The notes: a model not told the origin generated them from the sequence alone. Positions 20,947 to 30,742 are shown, numbered from the stretch's first letter. The stretch: DNA of 64,000 nt from Spirochaetia bacterium (GCA_965203905.1 CBDBDQ010000005.1:7360001-7424000), one strand, 5' to 3'. A program made the numbers and translations.

Positions 20947-22119
20947 GGTTGCCGACGGTGTCGCTCCGATGGAACCCATAGCCGGAGCCGGATCGCCGTG
21001 CTCGGCGCCGGACCCGGATTCCGGAAGGGTCACCTGGGCGGTGGCCCCGACCTCCAGAATGAGTTCCACTTCACCGCGGCTGAGCCTGGTGGCACGGGCG
21101 ATCTCGGGCACCGACCAACCTTGCCCGGACAGCTTGAGCACGGTTTCACGCTTGCCGAGCGTAACGGCTCCACCCTGTGCGGCGGTCGAACCGCGCTCTT
21201 CTCTGAGCAGAGCCTCCAGCAGGCGAACCTGCTCCTGAGCGCCGGCGCCGAGCTCCGCGAGCCGGGTCTCGGTCCGTGCCAGCCACTCCCGGGCCACCTG
21301 CAGCCGTTGCGCGCGCCGTTCGGTCTCGGCCATCGCCGTGTCGATCCGGCGCAGAGCCCCGAGTGCCGCCTCGGCTCGGTCCGAGCCGGCCGCCAATGTC
21401 TGCACCTGGTGCTGCAGCGTCCCGACGTTTTCCCGTACTTCGTCGACTCCGGGCTGCAGCCGCTCCAGATCCTGCTCCAGACTGCCCACCGTATCCGCCA
21501 GCGCCTCGACGTCACCCCGTTGTTGCTGCAGCTGGGCGACCTTCTGCACGATGTCGTCGCCGGTGGCGCGCGCCTGCGCCAGCTCTCGGTGGACCCCCCG
21601 CAGCTCCTCCCGCTGCGCCAGCAAGCCGCTGATACGCTCATCGAGATCGGCCACCGACGCCGCTGCCCCCAGGACCCGCGTCTGGAGGCTGGAGGCATCC
21701 CCCCGCACGCCGGCGAGATGCTCCTTGAGCGTGGGAATCGCGGCGCACTCAGACTCCACCAGGCGCAGACTTCCTTCCACGGCCTGGGTACGCTCCCCCA
21801 GTTGCGTCACCGCCACGTCGTGCGCCTGCAGACGCTCGCCGAGGCGATCCACTTCGGCGGCACGTTCGGCAAGTCCCTCCGCGACCGAGCGCACCCGCTT
21901 CAGCAACTCCGCGCCGGTCTTGAGGTTGACCTGCAGCTCGATGGCCAGATCCTGGACCTCCGCCGCCTTCCGATCAACCGCCTGCGCCACGCCCTTGGCC
22001 ACGCGGTCGGCGTAGCGCTTCACCTTTTCCAGAGAGCGGCGCCGCGTATCCAGGTGGCGATAGACGAAGAGTATTGCAACCACCACCAGCAGGGTGATGA
22101 GGTTGCCGATTGAGAACAT
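20941..22119 (-). CDS. Membrane-anchored coiled-coil protein with C-terminal HTH (SpiroCoCo-like)
   Basis: N-terminus MFSIGNLITLLVV...YRHLD..RRSLEKVKRYAD, heptad-rich middle, C-terminal QGWSVPEIARATRLSRGEVELIL; G-rich SD before ATG 22119. Confidence 0.75.
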   Translation of the reverse strand: MFSIGNLITLLVVVAILFVYRHLDTRRRSLEKVKRYADRVAKGVAQAVDRKAAEVQDLAIELQVNLKTGAELLKRVRSVAEGLAERAAEVDRLGERLQAHDVAVTQLGERTQAVEGSLRLVESECAAIPTLKEHLAGVRGDASSLQTRVLGAAASVADLDERISGLLAQREELRGVHRELAQARATGDDIVQKVAQLQQQRGDVEALADTVGSLEQDLERLQPGVDEVRENVGTLQHQVQTLAAGSDRAEAALGALRRIDTAMAETERRAQRLQVAREWLARTETRLAELGAGAQEQVRLLEALLREERGSTAAQGGAVTLGKRETVLKLSGQGWSVPEIARATRLSRGEVELILEVGATAQVTLPESGSGAEHGDPAPAMGSIGATPSATA

Positions 22120-22175
22120 GGTGTGTCCCCCTCCCCGAGCCGCCGCGCGCAGGGACTGTCGCACGCGGCAGCGCC

Positions 22176-22205
22176 ATGATAGCCACCGGCACCGGCGGCT
22201 GTCAA
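22176..22205 (-). promoter_or_regulatory. Sigma70-type promoter for the coiled-coil gene
   Basis: TTGACA-N18-TATCAT on the minus strand. Confidence 0.7.
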
Positions 22206-22231
22206 ATCCAGTGCCCGCCCGCCCCCGCACA

Positions 22232-22273
22232 CGCTCTCGGTGCGACGCCGGGTTTCACCACGGGCTGCTTAGC
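22232..22273 (-). repeat. 42-bp dispersed repeat, copy 2 (IS-end/MITE-like)
   Basis: GCTAAGCAGCCCGTGGTGAAACCCGGCGTCGCACCGAGAGCG; abuts the TAG stop of the HAD gene. Confidence 0.75.
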
Positions 22274-22972
22274 CTATGACCTGGTCGGATAGACGGGCCG
22301 GGCTGCCAGCGGCAGGTCGGGGAAGGCTCGGTAGTTGGGGAACGAAACGGCGGCTACTCCGGAGGTCACCGGATGGCGCGTCAGATGCGCCGCGCGCATC
22401 CCCACGCGGTGGGCGCCGATCATGTCGTGCGCATAGCTGTTGCCCACGAACAGCACCTCTTCCGGCCTCACCTGCAGCAACCGCAGTATCAACAGGAACG
22501 GCTCCGGGTTGGGCTTCAGCGCCCCCGCCTGGTCGGCGCTCACGACACCGCGCCAGCCGGTCTCGAGCCCCAGCGCAGCCAGTTTCTCATGGGTAAACGG
22601 GGAGTCGGAGACCACTCCCAGGCGCAGGCCCTCGGCCCGCAGTCGGGAGAGGGTGGCGGCTACCTCGGAGTAGGGCTGCAGCCGGCGGAAGGTACCTGGC
22701 CATTCCCGGTATACCACGCGCTCCACCGCCTCGGCGGCGGTCACGGTGTCGATCCCGAGGAAGCCCGCCACCAGCTCGGCCTGCCGCTGCCGCAACCCGC
22801 TCCCGGGCCGCTCGCCGCGCAGCACCCGTCGGGCGCGTCCGAAGGCCGCGAACAGCCGCGCGTGGCGACACACCAGGGGCCACGAGCGGCGGACGATCTG
22901 CCGGATGGGATACAGCGTTCCGTCGATGTCGAAGACTACGGCGCGTAACGGGGGACCGGGGAGAGTAGCCAT
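22274..22972 (-). CDS. HAD-family hydrolase
   Basis: VVFDIDGTLY, VVSD, KPNPEPF and FVGNSYAHD; ATG at 22972. Confidence 0.88.
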   Translation of the reverse strand: MATLPGPPLRAVVFDIDGTLYPIRQIVRRSWPLVCRHARLFAAFGRARRVLRGERPGSGLRQRQAELVAGFLGIDTVTAAEAVERVVYREWPGTFRRLQPYSEVAATLSRLRAEGLRLGVVSDSPFTHEKLAALGLETGWRGVVSADQAGALKPNPEPFLLILRLLQVRPEEVLFVGNSYAHDMIGAHRVGMRAAHLTRHPVTSGVAAVSFPNYRAFPDLPLAARPVYPTRS

Positions 22973-23035
22973 AGCGTGCGTTCGCCGCCGCAACCTTAAC
23001 ACAGGTTGCCGCGGCGGTTGCCGCGGGGGCAGCTG

Positions 23036-24085
23036 CTATCTCCCTCCCGGCTTGATCTCGTAGGTCCGCCGTCCCCGTGCCTCGGCGTTGCAGTCGAACC
23101 GCATGCCGCGCGCCGCGCTCAGCACCGCGCTGTTCAGCGCACTGCTGCCGCCCCGCACGATATCCACGCCGGTTACGAGTCCGCTCGCATCCAGTCTGAA
23201 TTGGACTTCGATGTGGAAGGTCACACCGCCGCCGGAGATGCCGGAGACATCGGGCCTCGGATCCACCACCGGCTCGCCGCAGCCGGCACCGTTGCCGTCC
23301 CACACCACGCCCGAGGAGCCGCCTCCTAGCGCACTCCCCCGCTCGGTACCGTCGGCGAGATAGCCGTCGGCAGGGGCGCTGCCGCCATCTGACGGGCTGC
23401 CCGCGGCCAGCGCCTCGTCGAGGCCGGAGATCTTCTTCTGTGTGGCTGCCTCGTCGTAGCTGGCCGCCGGACCGCCGACCGAGGGACGCTGACTCTCCGC
23501 CGAGACCGGCGCCGGCGCCGCGTCGGCCGGCGCCGCCACCGGCGTGCCGAAGTTGGTGGGCGCCTCGCCGACGTCGGGGGTCGGAGCCAGTGGCTTGAGC
23601 GCCGCACGGGCAAGCGCTTGCGCGGCCGCGGCGGCCTGTTTGAGGGAAACCGCGGGCGGTGGGGGCTCCCGGTTGGCTATCACCGGCGCAGGTGCCGGCT
23701 GCACCGGCGCCGTGGGCTTGGGTGCCGCCGGAAGATCGGCGCTCGGCGTCTGCGACGGGGCCGGTGGCGTGGGCACCGGCTGCGAGCGCGGCTTCGCGAC
23801 CGGCTTCTCCTGCGTCTTCACCGGTGCCTTGGCGGCGGGCTCGGGCGTCGCCGCGGGGGCCTCCTTGCGCGGCGCCGGTGCCGGCTTGGGGGCCGGCTTC
23901 GGCGGCACTTCCCGTTCCGTCTGCAACTGCACCGTGAGCGGTCCCCGGGGCTTCTCTTTGGCCACCGCCGCCGCGTGCAGCTGCACCGCGATGAGCAGCA
24001 CCACGTGCAGGATCACGGCCACCAGGAGGGCGACCTTGAGCCGCGCGTTGAGGCGCGGATCCTGCCATTCGAGGGCGGTGGTCAT
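23036..24085 (-). CDS. TonB/TolA-family energy transducer
   Basis: Single N-terminal TM with conserved His (VAVILHVVLL), long Pro/Ala/Lys linker, TonB_C-like end (V.F.LDASG.V..V.I..GGS..LN.A...A.R..RF). Confidence 0.82.
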   Translation of the reverse strand: MTTALEWQDPRLNARLKVALLVAVILHVVLLIAVQLHAAAVAKEKPRGPLTVQLQTEREVPPKPAPKPAPAPRKEAPAATPEPAAKAPVKTQEKPVAKPRSQPVPTPPAPSQTPSADLPAAPKPTAPVQPAPAPVIANREPPPPAVSLKQAAAAAQALARAALKPLAPTPDVGEAPTNFGTPVAAPADAAPAPVSAESQRPSVGGPAASYDEAATQKKISGLDEALAAGSPSDGGSAPADGYLADGTERGSALGGGSSGVVWDGNGAGCGEPVVDPRPDVSGISGGGVTFHIEVQFRLDASGLVTGVDIVRGGSSALNSAVLSAARGMRFDCNAEARGRRTYEIKPGGR

Positions 24086-24510
24086 GACCTCCCAGGCAAC
24101 GGTGAGCGCGGGTCACGAGTGCGCAGGCTGGCGGCCTCGAAACCGAGGATGCGGAGCACGTCGAGCACGTCCACCATCAGGTCGTAGGGAACCGAGGCAT
24201 CGCCCTCCACCACTACCGGATGGGTGCTCGGCGAGTCACCGCCGATGTTCTCGCGCAATGCCGCGTCCAGACTGCGAATCGATACCTGGCGGTCATTCAC
24301 GTAGATCTCGTCGCGGTCGCCGATCGACACCACCAGCGGTGTCAGCGCGACCGGCTCGGCCGTCTTCGAGGCGGGCAGCTCAAGGTCGATGCCCGGCACG
24401 ATCTTGAACGTCGTGGACACCATGAAGAAGATGACGAGCTGGAACACCACGTCGATCATGGGCACCAGGTTGGCGCTGGTCTGCGCCTTGAGGCCGCGCC
24501 GGGCTCTCAT
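24082..24510 (-). CDS. exbD: ExbD/TolR-family protein
   Basis: [18 protein letters not shown] with the essential Asp; V..D..VPY..MV.VLD periplasmic motif. Confidence 0.92.
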   Translation of the reverse strand: MRARRGLKAQTSANLVPMIDVVFQLVIFFMVSTTFKIVPGIDLELPASKTAEPVALTPLVVSIGDRDEIYVNDRQVSIRSLDAALRENIGGDSPSTHPVVVEGDASVPYDLMVDVLDVLRILGFEAASLRTRDPRSPLPGRS

Positions 24511-25712
24511 GTGACCGCCGCCGCCTGCGGTAGCGGCGCCGCGCCGCTATTGGGTGGGGCAGCAGCGACGGCACCCGGCTGCGGCGTCCCCACTCCAGGA
24601 TGGGGCAGCGCAGCGCCAGTGTGGGCGATCGCTACCCCGGGTTGCGGTGCCAAACCGGGATGTGCCGCCACTCCGGGTTGCGGGACTGGCACCCCGGGAT
24701 GCGGGACCGCCACCCCGGGATGCGGCGCCGCCACTCCGGGTTGCGGGACCGCCACTCCAGGATGCGGCGCCGCCACTCCGGGTTGCGGGACCGCCACGCC
24801 CGGTTGCGGCGCCGCTACGCCGGGTTGTGGGGCCGCTACGCCCGGTTGCGGGGCCGTCACCCCAGGTTGTGGAGCGGCCACTCCCGGATGCGGCGGCGCG
24901 ACTCCCGGATGCGCAGGTGCCACTCCCGGGTGGGCTGGCGCCGCTACGGGTTGCGCGACCCCTACCCCGGGTTGCCGTGCATCGGTCTCCGGACGGGTCG
25001 CCTCCGCATTCGGCTGAGCGCTCTCCGGTTTCGGCTGCGCCGCCTCCGTGCCGACGTTCGTGCTTTCGGCGGCCTGCTCCGCCGCCACCAGCATCGCGAC
25101 CATCTCGCTGACGCGATGCTCCAGTCGGATCATGCGGTGACTCACCTTGCTGACCAGGAAGTTGTAGAAGATGACCGCCGGAATAGATACGACGATGCCG
25201 GCGGCGGTGGTCAGCAGCGCCTCCGAGATGCCCCCCGCCAACAGCGAGGCGTCGGCGATCGCCCCCATGTCACCCAGCACGCCGAAGGCCCGGATGTTTC
25301 CCGTGACCGTTCCCAGCAGGCCCAGCAGGGGTGCGATGTGAGCGATCGTGCCCAGCGCGGAGAGAAACCGTTCTTCTTTCGGAATCTCCATGTTGGCGGC
25401 ATCGAGGATCACTTCGCGCAGCTCCGTCGTCGAAGCGTGGCGATGGTTGATCCCCACCTGCATCATTGCCGCGAGCGCCGAAGGATGGTCTTCGCAGATC
25501 GCGAGCGCCTCTTCGTAGTGCCCCTTGCGCAGCGTCGCCGTGAGCCGTTGCAGCAGCTTCGCCTCATCGGCACGGCGGCTGCGGAAGTACAGCAGGCGCT
25601 CGATCACGATCACGGCGGCGATGACTGATAGCATGACGATCAGCACCATCACCACGCCGCCCTTCTCGATTAACTGTAGCTGGATGAACTCCATCATCGC
25701 GGTCGTCTCCAC
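24507..25712 (-). CDS. exbB: MotA/TolQ/ExbB proton channel protein with long repetitive C-terminal tail
   Basis: GG..M..I...S.....[13 protein letters not shown] and GISEAL.TTA.G motifs; alternative start ATG 25697. Confidence 0.9.
   Translation of the reverse strand: METTAMMEFIQLQLIEKGGVVMVLIVMLSVIAAVIVIERLLYFRSRRADEAKLLQRLTATLRKGHYEEALAICEDHPSALAAMMQVGINHRHASTTELREVILDAANMEIPKEERFLSALGTIAHIAPLLGLLGTVTGNIRAFGVLGDMGAIADASLLAGGISEALLTTAAGIVVSIPAVIFYNFLVSKVSHRMIRLEHRVSEMVAMLVAAEQAAESTNVGTEAAQPKPESAQPNAEATRPETDARQPGVGVAQPVAAPAHPGVAPAHPGVAPPHPGVAAPQPGVTAPQPGVAAPQPGVAAPQPGVAVPQPGVAAPHPGVAVPQPGVAAPHPGVAVPHPGVPVPQPGVAAHPGLAPQPGVAIAHTGAALPHPGVGTPQPGAVAAAPPNSGAAPLPQAAAVT
24564..24977 (-). repeat. Coding 21-bp tandem repeat, about 20 units of P[Q/H]PGVA[A/V]
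   Basis: Read directly from the translation: 18 heptads plus 2 hexads, with synonymous variation between units. Confidence 0.95.
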
Positions 25713-25742
25713 CCTATAATGCTCGGTCGCTTTGCCGGCGCC

Positions 25743-27497
25743 CTACAACGCCAACTGCACGGTTACCGCCGCGCCGAACCCGGGCCGCAGATACGGCTCC
25801 CAGTCCTTGCGCGGTCCGTCGGCGAGTTCGAGGATATCGGTCAGGCTCAGCTTTACCGTCGTGGCACCCTGCCGCCAGAGGCCCTCTAGCTCCACCTCCG
25901 GCACCTGCAACCCGAGTTCCGGTACATGATCCATGGTGGCATGCAGGCGCACGCCCAGCCCGCCGTCGGCGGTACGCGCCTCCACCTCCAGCTCCGACTG
26001 CAGCAGCGGCGCGAACTGGCTGACATGTTGCCGCAGCACCTCGCCACTGACGTTGGCACGGATCTGCAGGGTGTCGCCGAATCCCAGCCCCAGGCCCAGA
26101 CCCGGTACGAAGCTCAACTCCACGGGCCGCTGATTCAGGTCGTACAGGTTGCGATGGTTCGGTTCCTCAACCGGCCACAGGGCTGCCGAATGGGTTCCCA
26201 GCCGCGTGGTTGCAACGATGGTCAGCTCGCTCAGTCCGGCCAGCTCGCCCAGTCCGAACTGGGCACGCCCGAATGCGAACCAGCCGTCGTCGTCCACCAC
26301 CCGGTCCGGCTCCACGTAGGAGTAGCGTTCGGTGACCGACCCCACCCCCAACTCGCGCACCTCGAAGCCGCCCGCCAACCGGTACGTGAACCAGGAAGCC
26401 GGAGTCCCGCTGATTACCGCTTGCGGCACGAAGCGGTGGCCGTCGAAGTCCACGCCTTCGTCGGAGCGCCACGACCAGCCGAGAGAGAGCTCCAGACCGG
26501 TCTGGGCGCCCAGGTCGATGCGCCCGGTGACGCCGGCGTTCACCTTGTGCCGGAGGAGCTCCTCGGTGGCACGTCCCAACTCGGCGTAACGCCGCAACAG
26601 GTAGCGCGCGCTGAACTGCAGATCGATGGGAGCGGTGCTCCAATCGAGCACCAGCTCCGGTGCCGCCCACAGCTCCGAGTGCGTCTCCGGATTGCGGCCG
26701 GTCAGCGTAGTGGCATCGGCTTGCAGATCCAATGCCGGGGTGAGTTGAATCAGCTCGCCAAGCTGAATGCGATAGCTGGCGGCCCCCGCCACTGCCTGGG
26801 ACTCCGCCGCGTTGCGCCGCTCCGACTCGTCGATTCCGTTGTCCGCGCCCTTCGGCAGGAAGCCGAAACCATGCTCCGAGTTCACCATGCTCGCCTCGGC
26901 GTCGAACTGGCCGCTGCCCAGCCCCAGGCCCACCGAACCCGCCAGTTCGTGGCGCTGAGTCTTGGCACCCTCTCCCGGACGCCGGTGGTTGCGTATCCCG
27001 TCCCGCAGGCTGTGGGTGAACACCAGCGAGAAGTCGCCGCCGGGGCCGGTACCCAGTACCGACAGCCCGCTGTCCAGCTGCGACAGCGGCAGTCCGGCGG
27101 GAGCGTCCTTGCCGGTGCTGACCGTGGTGCCCACGCTGACGTAGGTCTCCGCCACCAGCGTGTGCGCCGGTCCGTCATCGCCCCCCAGCGCGAACTCCAT
27201 GGCCGGAGCGGCGACCGCGGTGCGCAGGTCGATGTCGAGATCGCCCGCCTCCGGCAGCGGTGGCCAGCTCTCGGGCGCCACCACCTGAATATCCACCGGC
27301 AGGGCAACCTCCAGGCCGCCCGACGCCGGCTCGTCCAGCTCCAGCACCACCGTCGGGAGGACGATGTCGTCGTCCTCGACCGCGCTCACGTCCTGCTGAC
27401 TCGCCACCCGGCTGATGGGGGCGCCAACCAGCATGAGCCACGCCAGGATGCCGCCTACGATCCGGCTGCCGCTCCCGCGGCGTCGTTTCCGCGTCAT
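25743..27497 (-). CDS. Secreted, probable outer-membrane beta-barrel protein
   Basis: Basic plus hydrophobic signal peptide; alternating amphipathic strands (e.g. HELAGSVGLGLG, LQFSARYL, FAFGRAQFGL); terminal strand GFGAAVTVQLAL. Alternative TTG start at 27503. Confidence 0.65.
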   Translation of the reverse strand: MTRKRRRGSGSRIVGGILAWLMLVGAPISRVASQQDVSAVEDDDIVLPTVVLELDEPASGGLEVALPVDIQVVAPESWPPLPEAGDLDIDLRTAVAAPAMEFALGGDDGPAHTLVAETYVSVGTTVSTGKDAPAGLPLSQLDSGLSVLGTGPGGDFSLVFTHSLRDGIRNHRRPGEGAKTQRHELAGSVGLGLGSGQFDAEASMVNSEHGFGFLPKGADNGIDESERRNAAESQAVAGAASYRIQLGELIQLTPALDLQADATTLTGRNPETHSELWAAPELVLDWSTAPIDLQFSARYLLRRYAELGRATEELLRHKVNAGVTGRIDLGAQTGLELSLGWSWRSDEGVDFDGHRFVPQAVISGTPASWFTYRLAGGFEVRELGVGSVTERYSYVEPDRVVDDDGWFAFGRAQFGLGELAGLSELTIVATTRLGTHSAALWPVEEPNHRNLYDLNQRPVELSFVPGLGLGLGFGDTLQIRANVSGEVLRQHVSQFAPLLQSELEVEARTADGGLGVRLHATMDHVPELGLQVPEVELEGLWRQGATTVKLSLTDILELADGPRKDWEPYLRPGFGAAVTVQLAL

Positions 27498-27499
27498 GC

Positions 27500-30400
27500 T
27501 CAACTCGCCTCTCTCAGCAGCGCTGCCGCCTGCTGCGCCCAGTCGCTGCCGGGAAACGAGTCCTCCAGGCGCTGCACCAGACCGGCGGCGTCGTCGCGCC
27601 GCCCGATCAGCAACAGCACCTCCGCCGCGCGCACCATCGACTTGGCCATCAGCTCGCGGTCGTTCTCTGCCAACAACGCGGCTTCCAGGTAATGATCGGT
27701 GGCCGACACCGGATCGCCGGTGCGGCGGTAGTACTCGCCGGCGAGAAACTCGGCCTCGGCGGCAGTCTCGGGGTCGCGGTCGTACTCCGCCACGTCCATC
27801 AACATCGCCAGCGCCAGTGCCTTCGGCTGATCCACGTCGACCACGTAGATGCGCGCCAGCTCCAACATCGCCTCGCGCCCGTCGCGGGTGTCGACCCCAC
27901 CGGCGCCGATGACCGCCATCAGCGACGCTTCTTCCTCTGCCACGCCGGAGGCCACCAGGCGCATCTCCTTCAGCCGCGCCTCACCGAGCTTGCCCACGGG
28001 CTCCTCGCTGTAGCGACCCGCGAGTTCGCTCAGGTGCGCAATAGCGGGCTGATGGCTGCCCTGGGCCGCGTGGCCCTCCGCCGTCTGCAGCAGCGCATTG
28101 GGACGGAAGGTGCTGTCGGGAAACTCGTCGATCAGCAGTTCCCACAGCAGAATGGCGCGCAACGGCTCACCGGCGCGGCTGCTCGCGACCCCGCCCCAGT
28201 ACAGGGCGCCGTCACGGAACCGGCCGTCCGGATACTCGTTGCGGTACGTGGCGAATGCATCCCGCGCCGCGGCGGCGGCGTCCTGCTCCAGCAACAGCTC
28301 GGCACGGCGGAATGCGGCATCCTCCGCCAGCGCGCTGGTGGGATACCTGAACATGACGTCGGCGTAGGCCTGGGTGGAGGCCTTCAGGTGGCCGTCCAGC
28401 GCCAGCACGCCGGCCAGCTCGAAGGTGGCGTCGGCAGCCTCGTCGGCGCGCGGAAAGCGGGCCACCACCGCGCGGTACTGCCGCTCCGCCGCACGCAGGT
28501 CCCCTGCGTTGGCCAGACTGCGCCCGGCAAACAGGCCGGCCCGTGCAGCCCGTGGATGGTCGCCGCCTGCGGCGCGGGAGAAGGCCCCCGCCGCGGTCGT
28601 GTAGTTGCCGGTGCTGAAGGCGGCCTGGCCGGCGAGGAACGCGGCGTGGTACTCCAGTTCGTGGCCGGGGTACTGCGCGTCCAGGTCGGCCAGCAGGGTC
28701 CCGGCCACCGCATAGGCGCCTTGGCGGTAGTGGGCCGCGGCGCGGTAGTACTGTGCGTAGGGCACGATGTCGCCAAGGCCCTGACGCTCCGCCAGGTCGC
28801 GCGTCACCGCCGCCAGGGTGTCCGCCGCCGCCCCATGCTCGCCACGTGCCACGTAGGCCAACCCCTTCAGATACGAGGTCAGCACGAACGCCCGCGGCGC
28901 ACGAAAACGCAGCGCCGGCACGCGCTCGGTAAGCGCCGTTGCCGCCACCAGCAGGTCCTGCCACTGTTCCAGGCGGTACAGCAGACGCAGGTGGTCCACC
29001 CGCGCAGGAATGTCATCGGGAAACCGGTCCACGTAGTTGCGGGCGCTGCGTTCCGCCGCCACAGTGTCGCCGGTGCGCCACAGCAGCACCGTTTCCAGCC
29101 GCCGCAGCTCGCCCAGGCGCGCGCCCGGCTCAGCCTCCGCGGCGATCACGCGCACCTGCCGCAACGCGTCGTCGTAGCGGCCCTGGCGGTACAGGGCGTA
29201 GGCCATCAGGTAGCGGGCGTGCTCCACCTCGTCGGCGCCGATGCTGGGGTCGCCGGAGGCGCTCCTGACAAAGCTCTCGTACTGTTGCGCGGCCCCGGCG
29301 TAATCCTCCTGGCGCAGCATCACGTCACCGAGCCGCAGCACCACGGGCCACGGGTCGCCGGCGCCGCGCCCCTGCTGCGAGGCGAGCACCCGTGCCGCCT
29401 CGTCCAGGCCTTCGGCGTCGGATTCGCTAAGGTAGGTCTCGGCCAGGTACAGCACCGCCGCGTTACCCACCTCGCTGTTGGTCCCCAGGTCGGCGGCCCG
29501 CTTCAGAAAGAAGCGCGCCAACTCGTAACTGCCGCGGCGGTAGTTTTCGATGCCCAGCCGCAGCCAGAAGTTGGCGAGCTGTTGCGGCGAGTCCCGAAAA
29601 CGCAGCTCCGCATCCAGGGTCGCCGAGTCCATCAGGTCGAAGTCACCGCGCCGCTCGGCGCCGATGAAGAGCCTGCGCAAGGCGACGGAAGCGATGCTGT
29701 CATCCACTTCCTCCGCTTCCGCGATGGTGGTGTAGTCGAGTTCCGCCGCGGCGTACTGCTCAAGCTGCCAGTATGCTTCCGCACGATAGGCCAGGTACTC
29801 GGCACGCCAGCGGGGGTCCATCGCTTCCGGCGGATGCCGCTCCATCAGGCGCAGAAGCTGGTGGTAGCGCCCCTGCAGCGCGTATACGTAGCCAAGCAGC
29901 ACCGTGCCATAGGCGCTGGAGTCGAACTCGATCGCCGGCTCCTGGAGCCGTTCCAGGGCGTCGGCCGCGGCGCTGAGGTCGCCGAGCGCGACATCGGCCA
30001 GGGCGAGGTAGAGGAGCGCCCGGGGCACCAGGTCGGGGTCCTCGGACTCGGATACGAACGCCCCCAGGCTGGCCGAGGCGCGATCGAACTGCTCCAGCTC
30101 GTAGAGCGAGACACCGGCCCAGAAGTTTACGAACGGCAGATACCTGGTGCCGCGATGGCGGAGCTGGACCTCCTCGAAGGTGGCTACCGCGTCGTGGTGC
30201 CGGCCGAGCTGGGCCTGGGCCACCCCGACACGGTAGGTGGCGTCGGCGCTCAACTCCGAGAGCGGGTAGCGCTCGAGAAAGTCCTGGTACGCCTCCAGGG
30301 CAAACGCGTAGTTGCCGCCGCGGAAGCGCTGCTCGGCTTCGTTGAACAGGTCAAGCTCGGCGCTGGCCGCACCCGCCTGCAGAGCGACGGCGGCGAAGAT

Positions 30401-30544
30401 ACCGGACAGCCAGAAAACAACCGGACGGCGGACACCGCGCCGGCTGCCCTGGTGCTCGGCGGAACATGCGGCTGTTGGCTGCACCATAGTAGTCGCTGCG
30501 CCGACGCGGTGCGGGGGCGCAGACTGGGACCTCCCGGTCATCAC
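27500..30544 (-). CDS. Large periplasmic tetratricopeptide-repeat protein (CpoB/BamD-like repeats)
   Basis: Signal peptide ending AASA; many A.Y..G.....G....A...F......YP.S units over about 950 aa; start uncertain (30544, 30541 or 30487). Confidence 0.88.
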   Translation of the reverse strand: MMTGRSQSAPPHRVGAATTMVQPTAACSAEHQGSRRGVRRPVVFWLSGIFAAVALQAGAASAELDLFNEAEQRFRGGNYAFALEAYQDFLERYPLSELSADATYRVGVAQAQLGRHHDAVATFEEVQLRHRGTRYLPFVNFWAGVSLYELEQFDRASASLGAFVSESEDPDLVPRALLYLALADVALGDLSAAADALERLQEPAIEFDSSAYGTVLLGYVYALQGRYHQLLRLMERHPPEAMDPRWRAEYLAYRAEAYWQLEQYAAAELDYTTIAEAEEVDDSIASVALRRLFIGAERRGDFDLMDSATLDAELRFRDSPQQLANFWLRLGIENYRRGSYELARFFLKRAADLGTNSEVGNAAVLYLAETYLSESDAEGLDEAARVLASQQGRGAGDPWPVVLRLGDVMLRQEDYAGAAQQYESFVRSASGDPSIGADEVEHARYLMAYALYRQGRYDDALRQVRVIAAEAEPGARLGELRRLETVLLWRTGDTVAAERSARNYVDRFPDDIPARVDHLRLLYRLEQWQDLLVAATALTERVPALRFRAPRAFVLTSYLKGLAYVARGEHGAAADTLAAVTRDLAERQGLGDIVPYAQYYRAAAHYRQGAYAVAGTLLADLDAQYPGHELEYHAAFLAGQAAFSTGNYTTAAGAFSRAAGGDHPRAARAGLFAGRSLANAGDLRAAERQYRAVVARFPRADEAADATFELAGVLALDGHLKASTQAYADVMFRYPTSALAEDAAFRRAELLLEQDAAAAARDAFATYRNEYPDGRFRDGALYWGGVASSRAGEPLRAILLWELLIDEFPDSTFRPNALLQTAEGHAAQGSHQPAIAHLSELAGRYSEEPVGKLGEARLKEMRLVASGVAEEEASLMAVIGAGGVDTRDGREAMLELARIYVVDVDQPKALALAMLMDVAEYDRDPETAAEAEFLAGEYYRRTGDPVSATDHYLEAALLAENDRELMAKSMVRAAEVLLLIGRRDDAAGLVQRLEDSFPGSDWAQQAAALLREAS

Positions 30545-30742
30545 TCCCTGTACGGACAGGGTGTGGTCGTCGATCCTAGTAACGGCAGCTGAACGGCGTT
30601 GCTGTAGGGTGGCCGGAGCGGCGGGTTGGCGCGGAGCAGTCTCGGCGCCAAAGGGGTGCCGGGCAAGACCGGTTCACGGCCCGAGCGGCAGCCGGGAATG
30701 GCGGTGCCCGTCCCCGGTAGGTGGCGCCACCGAGCGCCGGTC

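Noticed and set aside
24554-25628. Plus-strand repetitive ORFs (PGCGAAT and RDRHPG repeats) and a possible CRISPR-like look
   Set aside because: Alternative frames of the ExbB 21-bp coding repeat; units are contiguous with no spacers and no cas genes.
27692-30592. 966-aa plus-strand ORF, and similar long ORFs opposite rpoC, fusA, tuf and the RTX gene
   Set aside because: Antisense shadows expected at this GC level; the opposite strand carries the recognisable proteins.
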